Shown piece after piece: positions 11,470 through 24,414 of a stretch of DNA of 64,000 nucleotides; position 1 is the first letter of the stretch; the number at the start of each line of letters is the position of its first letter. Both the position numbers and the translations under genes were made by a program. The notes under the pieces were generated by a model. It saw nothing but the letters and a program-made list of their open reading frames with translations, did no database searches and was not told the origin of the DNA. This stretch comes from Octopus sinensis (taxonomy: Eukaryota): NCBI RefSeq assembly GCF_006345805.1, contig NC_042997.1, positions 19,220,001 through 19,284,000 on the forward strand. The letters run 5' to 3'.

Positions 11470-12125
11470 ACGTTTGGATAGTGCTTTTTATGTGCCACTG
11501 ACATGGGAGCCAGTCAGAGGGTACTGGCATTGGCCACATTCTAATAGTGCTTTTTACATGCCACTGGCAGGGGAGCCAGACATGTAGACCTGGCATCGAC
11601 CAGCATAGGAACCAGTCAGGAGATATTAACATCGACCACTTTCGGATGATGCATTTTATGTGCCACTGGAACAGGAGCTAGTTAGGGGCCACTGGCCATA
11701 GCTACGATTTTGATTTTAATTGGTTCAACAGGTTTTCTTGAGCATATCATATCGCCCGATGCATCAAGGGTACTCTTAAATGGGCTGGACATGCAACACT
11801 GGCATTGGTCATGGCTGTGATCACACTTTAGTTGCTGGGTCTTCTCAATCACAGCATATCTCCAAAGGTTTCAGTCTGATGTTATTGCCTCTGTAAGGCC
11901 CAATGTTTGAAGGTCATGCTTCACCATTTCATCTCATGTCTTCCTAGATCTACCACTTCCAAAGGTTCCTTCCACAGTTTGGGTGTGGCACTTCCTCACA
12001 CAGGTGTCCTCATCCATACATAACACATGACCATACCAGTGCATTCGTCTCTCTTGCACACCACATCTGATCCTTCTTATGTCCAACTTTTCTCTCAGTG
12101 TATTCACACTGACATTACACATCCA
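11470..12125 (-). mobile_element. RTE LINE 3' end (ORF terminus plus tandemly repeated 3' UTR)
   Basis: ORF 11934-12122 (LREKLDIRRIRCGVQERRMHWYGHVLCMDED...GRSRKT) followed by GTGCTTTT...GTGCCAC units. Confidence 0.85.
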
Positions 12126-13129
12126 GTGTATGTATGTATATATATATGTGTGTATATATATATGTATGTATATATATATATATATATATACATATGTTTA
12201 TGTACATATATTTACACACACACACACACACAAACACATCTTGCAAAATATAAAGTGCTATATTCTGGTCTAGAAAGCCTTTGATCCTAGATTGACTTAT
12301 GCATTATGATCTGACCAACTTGGCTGATCAAATAATGCCTTTCTTTTTGAAGTGACTTTTAAATCTAGAATTCTGAAATATAAATCAAAAGTTATAAACT
12401 GTTGCTTTTTTTTCACTCCTTTATTTCCAATATACATTTTTAACTCTTCACTGCTTCATATAAACTATATTATTCTAGAATTGGCCAGCTCTTCCTCAAC
12501 ACATCATGTCCTTAAGGAAAGTGCTTAATTTCACTTTGCTTCTCATCACTGATTTCTATGAAAGCTATTATGGTTGGAATTTTTGGTCCAGGGCTTTTAG
12601 TCATTGCTGAGATGAACAAATCACAATGTATATATGGAACCCCTAGTGCTCTGAAAGCCCTATATTTTTAAAATGCTACTTTCTTTCTAATATTTCTCTG
12701 AAGCAAAATATTTAGTGCTGTCCAACATTTGTATACACATTGTGTTTTGTTCCACTAATGTTGAGTAAAGAATTATTATCTAAATTACTAAGACAATAGA
12801 CACATCCCTGATATATAACTTAAGTAATATTTAATATAATAAAATCTAAAATATGAGGGGAAGTAACTGATTTTTAGCAATTAAGGTCAGTCGTATTTTA
12901 CATCATGAATAAAGTACACTTCTGAAACATTCAAAAATTACTAATGAAGGTATAGGTTTCTCATGAATGAATATCTTTTTAACATTTCTACACAAAATGT
13001 CATTCCCGGTTATCAATGCAGTAGACCCATTGTCAGTGATCATGGAACAGGAGGAGATGTTCATAATGTCTATGTCCAGACATTTCACTGCATATACTAC
13101 ATTTATGGTATGACACGTCGCCTTACTGG

Positions 13130-13460
13130 CACTTGTGCTGGTGGCACGCCAAAAAATTTGAACGTGGTTGTTACCAATACTGCTGGAGTGGCTCCTGTGC
13201 AGGTGGCACATAAAAAGCACCATTTAAGCATGGCCATTGCCAGTACCATCTGACTGGCCCTCATGCCGGTGGCCTGTAAAAGCACCCACTACACTCTCGG
13301 AGTCATTGGCATTAGAAAGGGCATCCAGCTGTAGAAACTCTGCCAGATCAGATTGGAGTCTGGTGCAGCTATCTGGTTCACCACACCTCACTCAAATCGC
13401 CCAACCCATGCTAGCATGGAAAGCGGACGTTAAACGATGGTAATGATGATGATGATAAAT
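13130..13460 (+). mobile_element. RTE 3' UTR/tail copy
   Basis: AAGCACCCACTACACTCTCGGAG...CCCATGCTAGCATGGAAAGCGGACGTTAAACGATG followed by a (GAT)n tail. Confidence 0.85.
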
Positions 13461-14274
13461 GCAATGACAGTACTTCAGCATGAAGAAACAAACCTATTGA
13501 AGAAAGTCATTTTTTAAGTTTCATTTTAAGGATCTCTATGAAATTTTTACTCCTCGATATTTCATTCACCTTAAACTAGCCAAGCAATTTATTTTCTATT
13601 AAGAACAAGGAAGAAAAGTCAAATGCATTATTTTCTCTTATTTTAGATGTTCAAAGAGTTGGAGTAAAGAAAATTTAGAGTTAGCCTGAGAGACATGGAT
13701 TCACAGAAAGTAGAATTCTATTGATTTATAGAAATTTTCCTAATAACTGACTCACCAATTTCATTGATTTCTTTGTGTTTTTGATGTTATTTTTTTTCAC
13801 CAGGTACATGATGGGTGTATTCAACAAAGTCAGTTCTGGACAAATGCCAGCTGGATTTCATCTGAAATGTCTTAAATAACAAAAGAAGAAGCATTAATTG
13901 TAGATCGACTGTAATCAATTGCTCAGCATGAAACAGAAAAATAGAAAATGGAAATTGTTGAAATGTTTTATATCACATTCACAAGTTTGAACTAGAAAAT
14001 TAACTAGTAGTGTTTCTTTAAAAAAGAATTTCTAGTTTAAAGACTTTGAACCAATTTTGTGTTAACTTAATGTAAAAATATTTCTCTACTATATAATTTC
14101 ATGAGTAATATATTTATATGCGAGCGAGCGAAAACAAAGGTATACGTAACTGTTACCAATGTATGTGTAGGTATCCATATACGAATATTTGCATGTGCTT
14201 TTGATTTCTCTTCATAATAATAATGATGAAATTATTGTATACAGTGCTCAGGTGCACCTCAACAAAATAAATGC

Positions 14275-14515
14275 ACCCTTTTAAAGCCTAGCCAGGCTCA
14301 TGGGCCCGGTTTCCTGGTTTCTATGGTGTATGTGTTTCCTAGCTGGACGGGATGCCAGTCCATCACAGCGTTACTCATTTTTGCCAGCTGAGTGGACTGG
14401 AGTAACATGAAATGAAGTGTTTTGCTCAAGAACACAATGCATCACCCGGTCCAGGAATTGAAACCACAATCTTAAGATCATGATGCTGACACCCTAACCA
14501 CTAAGCCATGCACCT
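14275..14515 (-). mobile_element. tRNA-derived SINE sharing its 3' tail with the copies at 47870 and 48761
   Basis: Minus strand has a tRNA-like head GCATGGCTTAGTGGTTAGGG...GGTTTCAATTCC and tail CCATAGAAACCAGGAAACCGGGCCCATGAGCC. Confidence 0.8.
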
Positions 14516-14720
14516 GAATATAACTAAATATAAATGTGCAACTGGAAAATACATGTACATTTGAATGTGTATTACCATGTGTCTACATTAATACCTATTT
14601 AATTCTTATTTTTTATATATATTCTATGCAAATTATAATTATAAAAGTTCTGATAAAAAGCACTTACATGTCAAAGATGTGAAAACAAACAAAAAATTAA
14701 CTAAATCAATCAATCAATAA

Positions 14721-15119
14721 TCTTTATATATAAAAGTTAGGTTGTGTGTCTGTCTCCTACGATTTAGATTCCTAACTACTCTCACATTTTACGGTGCAGT
14801 TTAACCAAAACTGGGTATCTTATAGTCGTGATTCATATCGAGCCCTTCTGGGTATTAGCGCGCGTCTACGATGAGTCTACGATTTAAAAAACAAATTTAC
14901 CATCATTTTTTTCCATTTTAATGCATTTTTTTCGCTATTATATAAGGGAAGTAACTCTCTAAAAATGTCTACGATGAGTCAACGATTTAAAAAAAAATTA
15001 CCATCAGTTTTTTTCCATTTTTAATGCATTTTTTTGCTATTTTTTGGCTATAACTCTCTAAAAATGCTTATATAGTTATTTCCCTTACAAACCTGAGCAA
15101 CGCCGTGTGATACTGCTAG
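14721..15119 (+). mobile_element. Non-autonomous Helitron with both termini
   Basis: 5' A|TCTTTATATATAAAAG, subterminal CCTGAGCAACGCCGTG (degenerate hairpin), 3' CTAG|T, no TSD. Confidence 0.85.
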
Positions 15120-15180
15120 TAATAGATAAATTAATAATAATAATCATAGATGAATTAATAAATTAATAACAATAATAGTC

Positions 15181-15635
15181 CTTTCTACTCTAGGCACAAG
15201 GCCTGAAATTAGGGGAGTGGGATAGTCAATTACATTGACCCAGTGCTCAGCTGGTACTTATTTTATCAACTCCAAAAGGATGACAGGTAAAGTCGATCTC
15301 AGCAGAATTTGAACCCAAAATGTGCAGTTGGAGAAAATGCTGGTAACATTTTGCTCGGCAAGCTTATGGTTTTACCAGCTCACTGCCTTATTATTATTAT
15401 TATTAATAATAATAATAATAAAAATAGATAAATTAGTAATAAGAATGATCCTTTCAATTGAAGGCAGAAGGCCTGAAATTTGGGGGCAGGAGATGAGTCG
15501 ATTACATCGACCTCAGAGTGTTTCACTAGTACTTAGCTTATCGACCCCAAAAGGATGAAAGGTGAAGTCAACCTCAGCAAAATTTGAACTCAGAATGTAA
15601 AGATCAACTGAATGCCTCTAAGCATTTTTGTTTGG
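15181..15635 (-). mobile_element. Two tandem tRNA-derived SINE copies (~15181-15385 and ~15438-15635)
   Basis: Reverse complement of the 9901-type head and central domain, with an AGGCACAAGGCCTGAAATT tail variant. Confidence 0.8.
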
Positions 15636-15714
15636 TGTGCTAGATAATAATAATAATAATAATGAGAAGAAGAAGAAGAAGAAGAAGAAGAAGAAGAAGA
15701 AGAAGAAGAAGAAG

Positions 15715-16054
15715 CTTACAATTCTATATTTAAGAGATGAGGAATTATGTTCATTATTTACATTATTTACATCCAATGGATATTTGTCCTCATCTTGTTT
15801 GTTGCTAACACAATGTTTCGGCTGATATACCTTCCAGCCTTCTTCAGGTGTCTTGGGGAAATTTCGAACCTGGGTTCTCATTCCTAAGGTATTTTTCAAT
15901 GTTATTATTATTATTATTGTTATTTTTCAGGTCACTGCTTGGAATCGAACTCAGAATCTTGGGGTTAGTAGCCCGCACTCTTAACCACAGTGTGTTAACA
16001 ACAAACAAGATGAGGACAAATATATGTCAGATGTAAATAATGTAAATAATGTAC
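15715..16054 (-). mobile_element. SINE-like element: tRNA-derived head, (AAT)n linker, hammerhead motif and tail, with an inverted partial tail copy at its 5' end
   Basis: Minus strand reads GTGGTTAAGAGTGCGGGCTACTAACCCCAAGATTCTGAGTTCGATTCC (A-box-like, then B box), then the hammerhead at 15808-15851, then the tail. Segment 15992-16054 is the inverted tail. Confidence 0.75.
15808..15851 (-). ncRNA. Minimal hammerhead ribozyme motif; this copy probably has a decayed stem III
   Basis: ACAC-CTGAAGA-A-GGCTG gaaggtatat CAGCC-GAAA-CATT-GTGT. Stem I is ACAC/GTGT and stem II is 5 bp. Stem III ACAT is one transition away from the palindrome ACGT. Confidence 0.7.
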
Positions 16055-16191
16055 TGGCCAGCTTGTTAAGAATGGTGAAGATCATTTGAAGTTCTTGGAT
16101 GGCTGAGATTACAGGTGGTGACTTGTTATCCAAGAGTAAACCCATCTAAATCCATCATAGGGATGAGATACAGAAAATAACTGAAATAATC

Positions 16192-16405
16192 TTTACTACT
16201 CTAGGCACAAAGCCAGAAATTTTGGGGGAGTGGGGCCAGTCGATTAGATTGACCCCAGTACGTAACTGGTACTTAATATATCGATCCTGAAAAGATGAAA
16301 GGCAAAGTTGACCCTGGCAGATTTTGAATTCAGAACATAAAGTCAGACGAAATACCACCAAGCAGTTCACCCTGTGTACTAACATTTCTTCCAGCTCGCC
16401 ACCAT
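16192..16405 (-). mobile_element. tRNA-derived SINE (9901 family)
   Basis: Same head and central domain on the minus strand. Confidence 0.8.
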
Positions 16406-19027
16406 ATAACTGAAATAATAATAATAACTATATTAGTTTAGAAAATGAAAAGATAAACATATGCCATAATGTGCCACAGGTATCACTAGTTCTGGTCATA
16501 AATTTTAACCTATGAATGACTTTGATGACCTGTTTCTGTGATCCAGAAATATTTATTCTCAGTTTTTACATAAATGTGTACGAACAGACATCACAGTAAT
16601 TGTGCTTCACATTAAACTTTTCTATTCCCTGTTGATTGTTGTTGTTGATATTCTTTAACCTCAGGTCAGCCATGACTAAGTAGACCGATGATCAAAAACA
16701 TTACAGCTATAACTTTTCTGTCATTCTTTCAAGGGTCACACATCTAGAACTACATTATTCAATGTGTCCCCTTATTAAGATGTATTGCATAATGTGAGGG
16801 AGACTTAGTCACTACTCTGAGTAGGTTTAGAGTCAATGTAAAGGTTCCCTTGCAGTCCTGAGGTTTTTATAGTCTAAAGGAAAAATAATTGATGCTTAAA
16901 TAACTGTTGTATTGGTTTAGATTGATATGAGACCCCATACAGTAAAATATAAAGAAAATAAGAATGCACAAGGGTTTTACGGGGACTTGTCTGGCACACA
17001 TATATCTAAAAGCTGTTATCTTTCAGATCCAATGAAGATGTAGATTGGCGTGGGATTAAATAGTATAATTAATATAATTTCATGTCTTTGAATTGACCAG
17101 TATAACACATTATTTTTGAAAGTTATCCTGCTTTATAAGTGATTTGATGTGCTAACTTCTTCAGAAAGTTCACATTATCTTTTGGTCAATCACAAAACTA
17201 GTTTTATAGGATGAGGTAGACAACATTGTAACTTTCATAAGTGATGAATGATTTATAGCCTAAATGAGAAAAGTAGGTGTTGCATGTGTTAGATCAACTC
17301 TGGACCAGTCCATAGATGTTAGCAGAAAGGAAGAAAATTGCAAGTTGAGTGATTGTTAGAGGAAGGAAATTAGAAAGAATCTAAATCTTCTTTTAGCCAC
17401 TTCTTTGTCTTCCATGCATATCACAGCTTGTGATTAGTAGTTTTGGATAGGTCTGTATGTGATAGCATATAGAATCCAAATGGTGATTTTATATCTCAAA
17501 ACTGTCTCTCATAGTAATTACTATGCTTAAAGTTATGTCAAACACACTTCAAAATCTTCTAGCAGAGTGCAAATGTGTTTAACCTGAGACTAGACATTTA
17601 CAGCTTACAGTTAGGTATTTAATTGTCATTTAGAGTTTTAGCGTTAGACATTTTCCCAAAAGAGACAGGTTTAAATCAGAAATAGGTTTAATAATTCCGT
17701 TCTAAACATATGGGAATATATTCATCTTGGAAATCTTTCTGATTACTTGAGAAAGAAATATACAATATTACTTATAATATCAGGTCCAGAAATAAACTAT
17801 ATTTCAGCAATTTTCTCTTGCATACCTGGAAATTAGATTTCTACCATCATTGCAACTGTCATTATCAGATTTGTTACTAAACAAATGATGAATTATACTT
17901 CCATTCGAGTTTGCTCTCTGTATCATGTGGAACACTATTCCTTTGACAAGCACAAGGCACGGCATTATTGTAGCCAATATATTGTGTAGTGTGCAATCAG
18001 TGTACGATGTCTATTTATTGGATATGTAAACAGTTATGAAATTATTCTCAGCCTAACTCAATCATACGAACATCACTTTTATGATGCCCAAAGAAATAGT
18101 CTGAATGCATACGTGTTAAAGCAATTTAATACATCTTTATTCTGAACATTCTTTGCTGAAGTAAAATTACATCGTTAAATTTAGATTTCTGAAAGACAGA
18201 CAATATTGAGAGGTGGAACTTTTAAAGAGATTTCAATAAATAACTCATGAGTCTATATTTTGGGTGTAATCCCATTGAAAAATTATATTTAAATCAAATA
18301 TTTTCAAATCAATGAAAAAATATGACCAATGACTGCTGAAATATAAAAATAAATATAAAGTTGGATTTTTTTCTGAAATAAGAAAATTATATTCTAACGA
18401 CATAAATTGTTTCATATTAAAAAAAAAGCTAACTTTTTTCATAAAATATTTTTTTCACTTCTTTCAACAAGCAAAATTGGAAAAATATGCAATTTACTCA
18501 TATATTGTAGGCATAAGCTCCATTGAGGTAAATGTGTAAAAATTACAAAAGACTTCAAACATTTCTAATGAATATCAAGAATTTTCATAATATCCAGGGA
18601 AACTTTGTATGAAACTAACAATTCATATTATACCAAGACACTAAACAGTTGTCTGACTAGTTCAATGGCAGATTGCTTCTAGGTTGATATTTTAAAACTA
18701 TTTCTAAAACTTTTTCACATTAATGTTAAGCTGAATATATAAATGGAAAGTTAGATCTTTTGCTTGGAAATAGATACAGATGGTAATTTCGAATTATGGA
18801 TTATTTCTATTCAATGAAATTTCTGAAAAGTGTAGCATTTCAAAACACCATTGTTGCAACTTAATAATTTATCAGTATCATGTCTGACATAAACTCATAA
18901 CTTATTTTCTTTTGTGATCCAAACTTATTCTGATAATAATTAACAAACTAGTCTGGGGGAAAAGAAATAACTGAATATAGAGCTATGCACTCTTCTATCC
19001 TAATATATATATATGTATTCATACACA

Positions 19028-19068
<41 letters not shown>

Positions 19069-19748
19069 CATAGACATATATGTACACATACATACACACA
19101 CATGCACACACACATCTCTATGCATGTGTATATGTATGTGTATATATCTATATACATATATATGTATGTATGGTATGTGTGTGTGTGCTTATATCTTTTA
19201 CATATATATGTTCATATATAATGTAAACATATCATCATCATTTTAAATAATTTAATTTGGCTCCATGTTACTTAAAATTTTATGAGCATAGAAAGTCCAA
19301 GATGGCTACTGGAAAATGGGCTGCTATTGGTGAAGGTGAGTCACATGGAGTTGTTAAAGGTAAGATTGGTAACCCAGCGACAACAGGTTTGTTAGAAAAG
19401 AGAATTTCTTGAATCATGTGGCTGGACAGGAAGCTGGTGTCACTGAATTGACAATCTTGCCTCTAACAACATGCTGTGACCAACATTGACCAATAATATC
19501 CCATTTTTGAGTAGCCATCTTGAACTTCTTGTCTTTCTCCATTTGGTAATCTAAGCTTGAATGAAATGGGTTACTTTAGAAGCCCACGAAACTTTAAATC
19601 ACATGGAGCTGAAGCAAACTGTTTCAAATAATAATACATGTAGCTCTTACTAAATGTACTGAGTGTATTTTCCTTTTGTTTGTGCACTCACTCATACAAG
19701 TGCTCCAGACCTTGTCGAGCCCCATTCATAAAAATTTAACAGTTTGCA

Positions 19749-20060
19749 TTGGAGAGACAACTATTGCTGTGCTCATTGAAGAATGTCCAAATACCACCAT
19801 GGAAAATCTATTTGATGCCGTTCATGGAGAAAACTGAAAGTGTCATTAAGTTTACATGCTGGAAGGCCATCTTCTTCAAGAGTCCATCCACTACTACATC
19901 TGCAGACAAGATTGGCTTCAAATCGCGAAAGTACCCTTCCTGGATGAAGGACCTTGAGAACTTTGAAGATGAATTATGGAACATTGTAAAGAAGGCAAAG
20001 TTTCATTATTGTTTTAACCTCTTCCTCATATCTTTAAATGACTACATGGTAAAAATCTAA
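19749..20060 (+). mobile_element. Penelope-like element ORF, N-terminal fragment
   Basis: SLKNVQIPP...EKTESVIKFTCWKAIFF...GFKSRKYP...DLENFEDELWNIVKKAKF resembles the SLKNIPIP...EK.E..I.RMRWKA.F...GFKS region upstream of the PLE RT. Confidence 0.7.
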
Positions 20061-21229
20061 AATACAGGAGAAAGCCCAGAAAACAGCTTATAGAATTGGG
20101 CAAAATAACCTTGTGTTCAATGTTTAAAATACCAACTCATTTGGTGCTTCAATGTTTGTATATAAAAATGTTCTCACATTCCAAAAAAGGCATTATAAAA
20201 GATGGGATCTGTTGTTAGAGATTGCTTGGCCTTAATGGTATAAAGTGCTCAGCCAAAATTTGAGAGGTACTGTGTTTTATTCTCTGTAGTGGCTTGTTGG
20301 CCAATGGTTTCCATCTATAATGGTATTTTACTCAGTCTTTTAAGCTGTTTTCACAGCTATTCTTCAGCATTCATGATTTCCTTCATTTCTAAAATACCAA
20401 ATCACTCAGTACTTCAATGCTTGTTTATAAAAATGTTCTTACATGAATTATTCCAGTTTATCTCAAAATTCCAAACTCATATATGGCCTAGAACATTCGA
20501 TAAACTAACCCAACCTGATTATTAGAAAACTTCCATAAATCAGTCAATAGCACTTGGCTTCAATACATCAAAAATTCACCATAAGGGAATCATTAACAAT
20601 GCAGGCACTCACAAATTCACTGATCTTGAACAAAGTGAATTGCTGTTTATAATTCTAGTCTCATGACATTTCTGAAAGTGAAGCAAAATCACTATGCTGC
20701 TGTAGCATGGTTAAAACCAGTTCAGTCCAACAAAATAGCGATTATATAAATAAGTTAGTGAGTGAATTCTTTAATGTAAATTATGTGGATAGTACTGATC
20801 AGTATACATGAGGTAGTTTATGTACTAAATGGCAGCGAGATAAAATAACATAATTAATAAGTTAATAATAGACAAATAAACAAAGAAAACAAAAATGAAC
20901 ATTATCATGAATTTCAAATCAGTTTACACATGAAAATATGCAAATTTATTTAAATTTGTATGAGTTTAATTAAATTTTGTTAAAACCCTTTTTATTTTAG
21001 TAGATTTGTTGAGATCAGCAATACCATAAATACATAGCCTTATCAGTACTAGATGCTCAAGAGTATCAATAGAATTTAAATAATCAGAGAATTAATAAGA
21101 AAATACAAAGACCAACAATGGCAATAGGAACAACAAACAAAACTTTAATGTCAAAACTGATGTTGTTTTTTTTAAATCTAAAAAATGGAAATATTTCATT
21201 AAAAAATTATAAATGTATACATATATCAT

Positions 21230-21500
21230 CATCATCATGATCATCATCATCTTTTAGTATCCTTTGTCCATTTTGGCATGTGTTGGATGGTTTGATCAGG
21301 GCTGGCAAGCTGGAAGGCTATACCAGACTCCAGTCTGATATGACATAGTTTCTACAGCTGGATGCCCTTCCTAACACTAACCACTCCAAGGAAGTAATGG
21401 GTGCTTTTACAAGCCACCAGCATGGATGCCAATTGCATGACACCAGTATCTCCCATGACTACAATTTTACTTGGCTTGCTGGGTCTTCTAAAAAAAAATT
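21230..21500 (-). mobile_element. RTE 3' tail copy
   Basis: (CAT)n followed by CAGCTGGATGCCCTTCCTAAC...CCACTCC. Confidence 0.8.
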
Positions 21501-21522
21501 AGCTTGCTAGATATAAATATAG

Positions 21523-22290
21523 AGGGTGCAATGACTAAACTGTCGTCTAAAGTATGCAAAATGAAAGTAACACTGACATCTCATTTTAACATATATTTAT
21601 CAAAATTGCATAAAAATATCTTAAAATACTAAAGAGTAAATTTATACAATAAAATCGACATTGACTTCAACCATGGCCTCCAGACGACTTTGGTATGTTC
21701 TGCAGCTCTTCTGGATGGTCTCCTTGTTTAAGTTGGTGAATGCTGCCATAATCCTTGCATTCAGTTCATCTTTGTTCTTACAAGGAGTTTTGATGGTCTC
21801 TCACTCAATTGTGCTCCACACATAATAATCAAGAGGGTAGCAGTCTTGGAAGTTAGGTGGCCAGATGTTAAGGGTGATGTGGTCACAGAAATTGTCTGAC
21901 AGCCATGACTGGGCACTCCTGCTTGTGTGGCATGGTGCAGAGTCTTGTTGCCAGGCATAGGGTCTTCCAGCAGCCACCCAGTTCACCCAGGGCAGCACTA
22001 CCCGATCCAGGCACTTGATGTAGGCCTCCATGTTGGGTTTGAGGCCATGTGGGAAGATAAGTAAAGGCATAACATCACCATCACTAGAGATCACTCGAAA
22101 CACCATGATGTTGACTGGATGTTTGATTTTTATAACTTTCGGTGCATGTCCTCAAATTGCAATGTTCTCAGATTGACACCCAAACACTGTGAAATGTTCA
22201 TATTGGAGCTTCCAGCATGAATGCCAGGTAGTACAGCATGACGTTTCTAAATTCTGGAAGAGTGACTTCTGTCATGGTGCTGTTTTTCTC
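21523..22290 (-). mobile_element. Tc1/mariner-superfamily transposon of the maT (DD37D) family, internally deleted
   Basis: ORF 21801-22106 contains WQQDSAPCHTS...WPPNFQDCYPLDYYVW, with 37 residues counted between the second and third D. An N-terminal remnant lies at ~22150-22280 and a TAGAGGGTG end at 21521. Confidence 0.85.
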
Positions 22291-22300
22291 ACATATACAT

Positions 22301-22359
<59 letters not shown>

Positions 22360-24029
22360 AATATACATACATATATATATATATATATACATGTGTGTGT
22401 ATGTAAATAGACATATATATATATATATATGTTTGTATACATATATATATATATATATATATAAGTATATACACACGCACATATATATGTGAATATCTGA
22501 CTTCTGCAGAGGTGAGGTGGAGACACTACTGCTACTACTACAACTATCACCACCACTGCCACTACCATCACCATCACTACTACTACTACTACTATACATG
22601 CAGTAATTGTTATTATTTCTTCTACAAATAAAAGAATGTAGGATACACTAAATCTGGTAGAAAGATAATTGAACATGATATTTGAATGTGCTAACTAGGA
22701 TTTCAAACTAGTGCTCAAAATGTTTCCTGAAGCCAACTTTGTACTGAAATGACAGCAAAAATTCCACTAATTTATTGATGGATAGCGTCAGAAGATGTCT
22801 CTAGAGAGAAATAATTTGCTAAAGCAATTTATGAAATATATATAATATTTTTTTTAGAAGCCTTTATTGCAAGCTGTTGTAAATATAAATAAAAGATATG
22901 ATAAAAAAGGAAAATATATGATATTAGATTATTCCAACTACCTCCACTTATCTTTGCATATTTTTCTTCACATTTCCTTTTGAATCCCATTCGAATAACA
23001 ATATAAAGAAATAATTAATATTGCTTTTGATGTAGTTGTTAATTTAGAAATAAATATTAACGACTATATTATTGTAATATTGATCTAACATTGAAGTTTA
23101 CCTGCTAAAATGAGTGCTTATTACTATGCAGTATAATGGTTGCTGCTGTCAACTTACTGATATAATTTTCATGAAAGTCTAATATGGCTGGAACATTTCT
23201 GTTCTATCACTTAAAATGTCATTTCAGAATTATTCATTACCTCATCAAAATCTGAAATAAATTACTACTATGCTATAGCTATCATTTCTCAGTTTGATTT
23301 ATGATTTTGTTAAGTTTTATATATGCACCTGGTTAAATTACATTTCTTTTCTTAGTCATTATCTGTTATTTATTTTTAACTATTATTAGAAAGTTTACAC
23401 ACTAGGTCATTTGATGTAGAGTATCTTGATTCTTACCAAAATCTCCTTTAACTGTACTTAGATCTGGTAGAGTGAAAGCAGTATATATTATGGAAAAACT
23501 GTTTACCACAATCTAGGTCAGAATCACCGGAGGAGGAAAAAATAAAGCATTAGTGAATAATTAATATTGCTTGTTTAACTTTTCAGGCAAATACAGAAGA
23601 CAATCTCTGGTGATATTTCTGCACTATATTAGGTGTCATTAACGATGTTCAGCGTTACCAGAAGATGTCCAAAAGATAACAGCTGAATTGCTTAGTAAAT
23701 ATACAGAATGGTATATTTGTTATTTAATTTATTTTATTTCTTAACCAGGAGGGATGGCAGTACTCATGACCTATCACAGGGCTTCATATACTGGGATTAG
23801 GGATAAGAAAGAAAGTTATCTTCAAATTAAGAAATCTGACCTGAGGTTTACAACAGGGTGGACTTTGTTGAAAACCCTTATGACTTGATACTGTGTTAAA
23901 GTAGGTGATGGATTAAACATTACCACAGAAGTAGGCTAAGGTGGGATTTGAACTCAGAATGCATGATACTGAAATAAATATTGCAAAACATTATCTGACA
24001 CTTTACTCATTCTCTTAATTCACCACCTG

Positions 24030-24230
24030 ACTGGCCCCTGTGTTGGTGGCATGTAAAAATCACCCACTACACTCTCGGAGTGGTTGATATTAGGAAGGGC
24101 ATCCAACTGTAGAAACCTTGCGAAATCAGATTGGTGCCTGATGCTGCCTCCTGGCTTGCAGTCCTCAGTCAAGCCGTCCTACCCATGCCAGCATGGAAAG
24201 CGGATGTTAAATGATGACGAAGATGATGAT
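24030..24230 (+). mobile_element. RTE 3' tail copy A
   Basis: Tail motif plus (GAT)n. Confidence 0.85.
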
Positions 24231-24414
24231 ATATACATACATATATATATGTATGTGTTTATATATATATGCATATATATGTGCGTCTGTGTGTGTGTAA
24301 GAAGAGGGAACAGGAATTATAGAGACAGGATACTGTCCCCTATTCCTGGCCTCCTCTTGCTACCCCTTATTCCCATTTGGAGGAGGCACACTCACCATGG
24401 TAAAGAAGAGCTGA

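Noticed and set aside
17800-18160. Long open frames on both strands in non-repeat DNA (also 49230-49405)
   Set aside because: Several frames are open at once, there is no known motif, and the splice sites are ambiguous.
20336-20367. Minus-strand CTGAAGA followed by an AGCTG/CAGCT stem (also CTGAAGAGCT at ~33505)
   Set aside because: The required GAAA and stem III/NUH are missing.
20659-20757. 99 nt phase 0-0 exon-like segment (SHDISESEAKSLCCCSMVKT...) with a GTGAGT donor
   Set aside because: No recognisable protein similarity or compatible neighbouring exons; it is within chance expectation.
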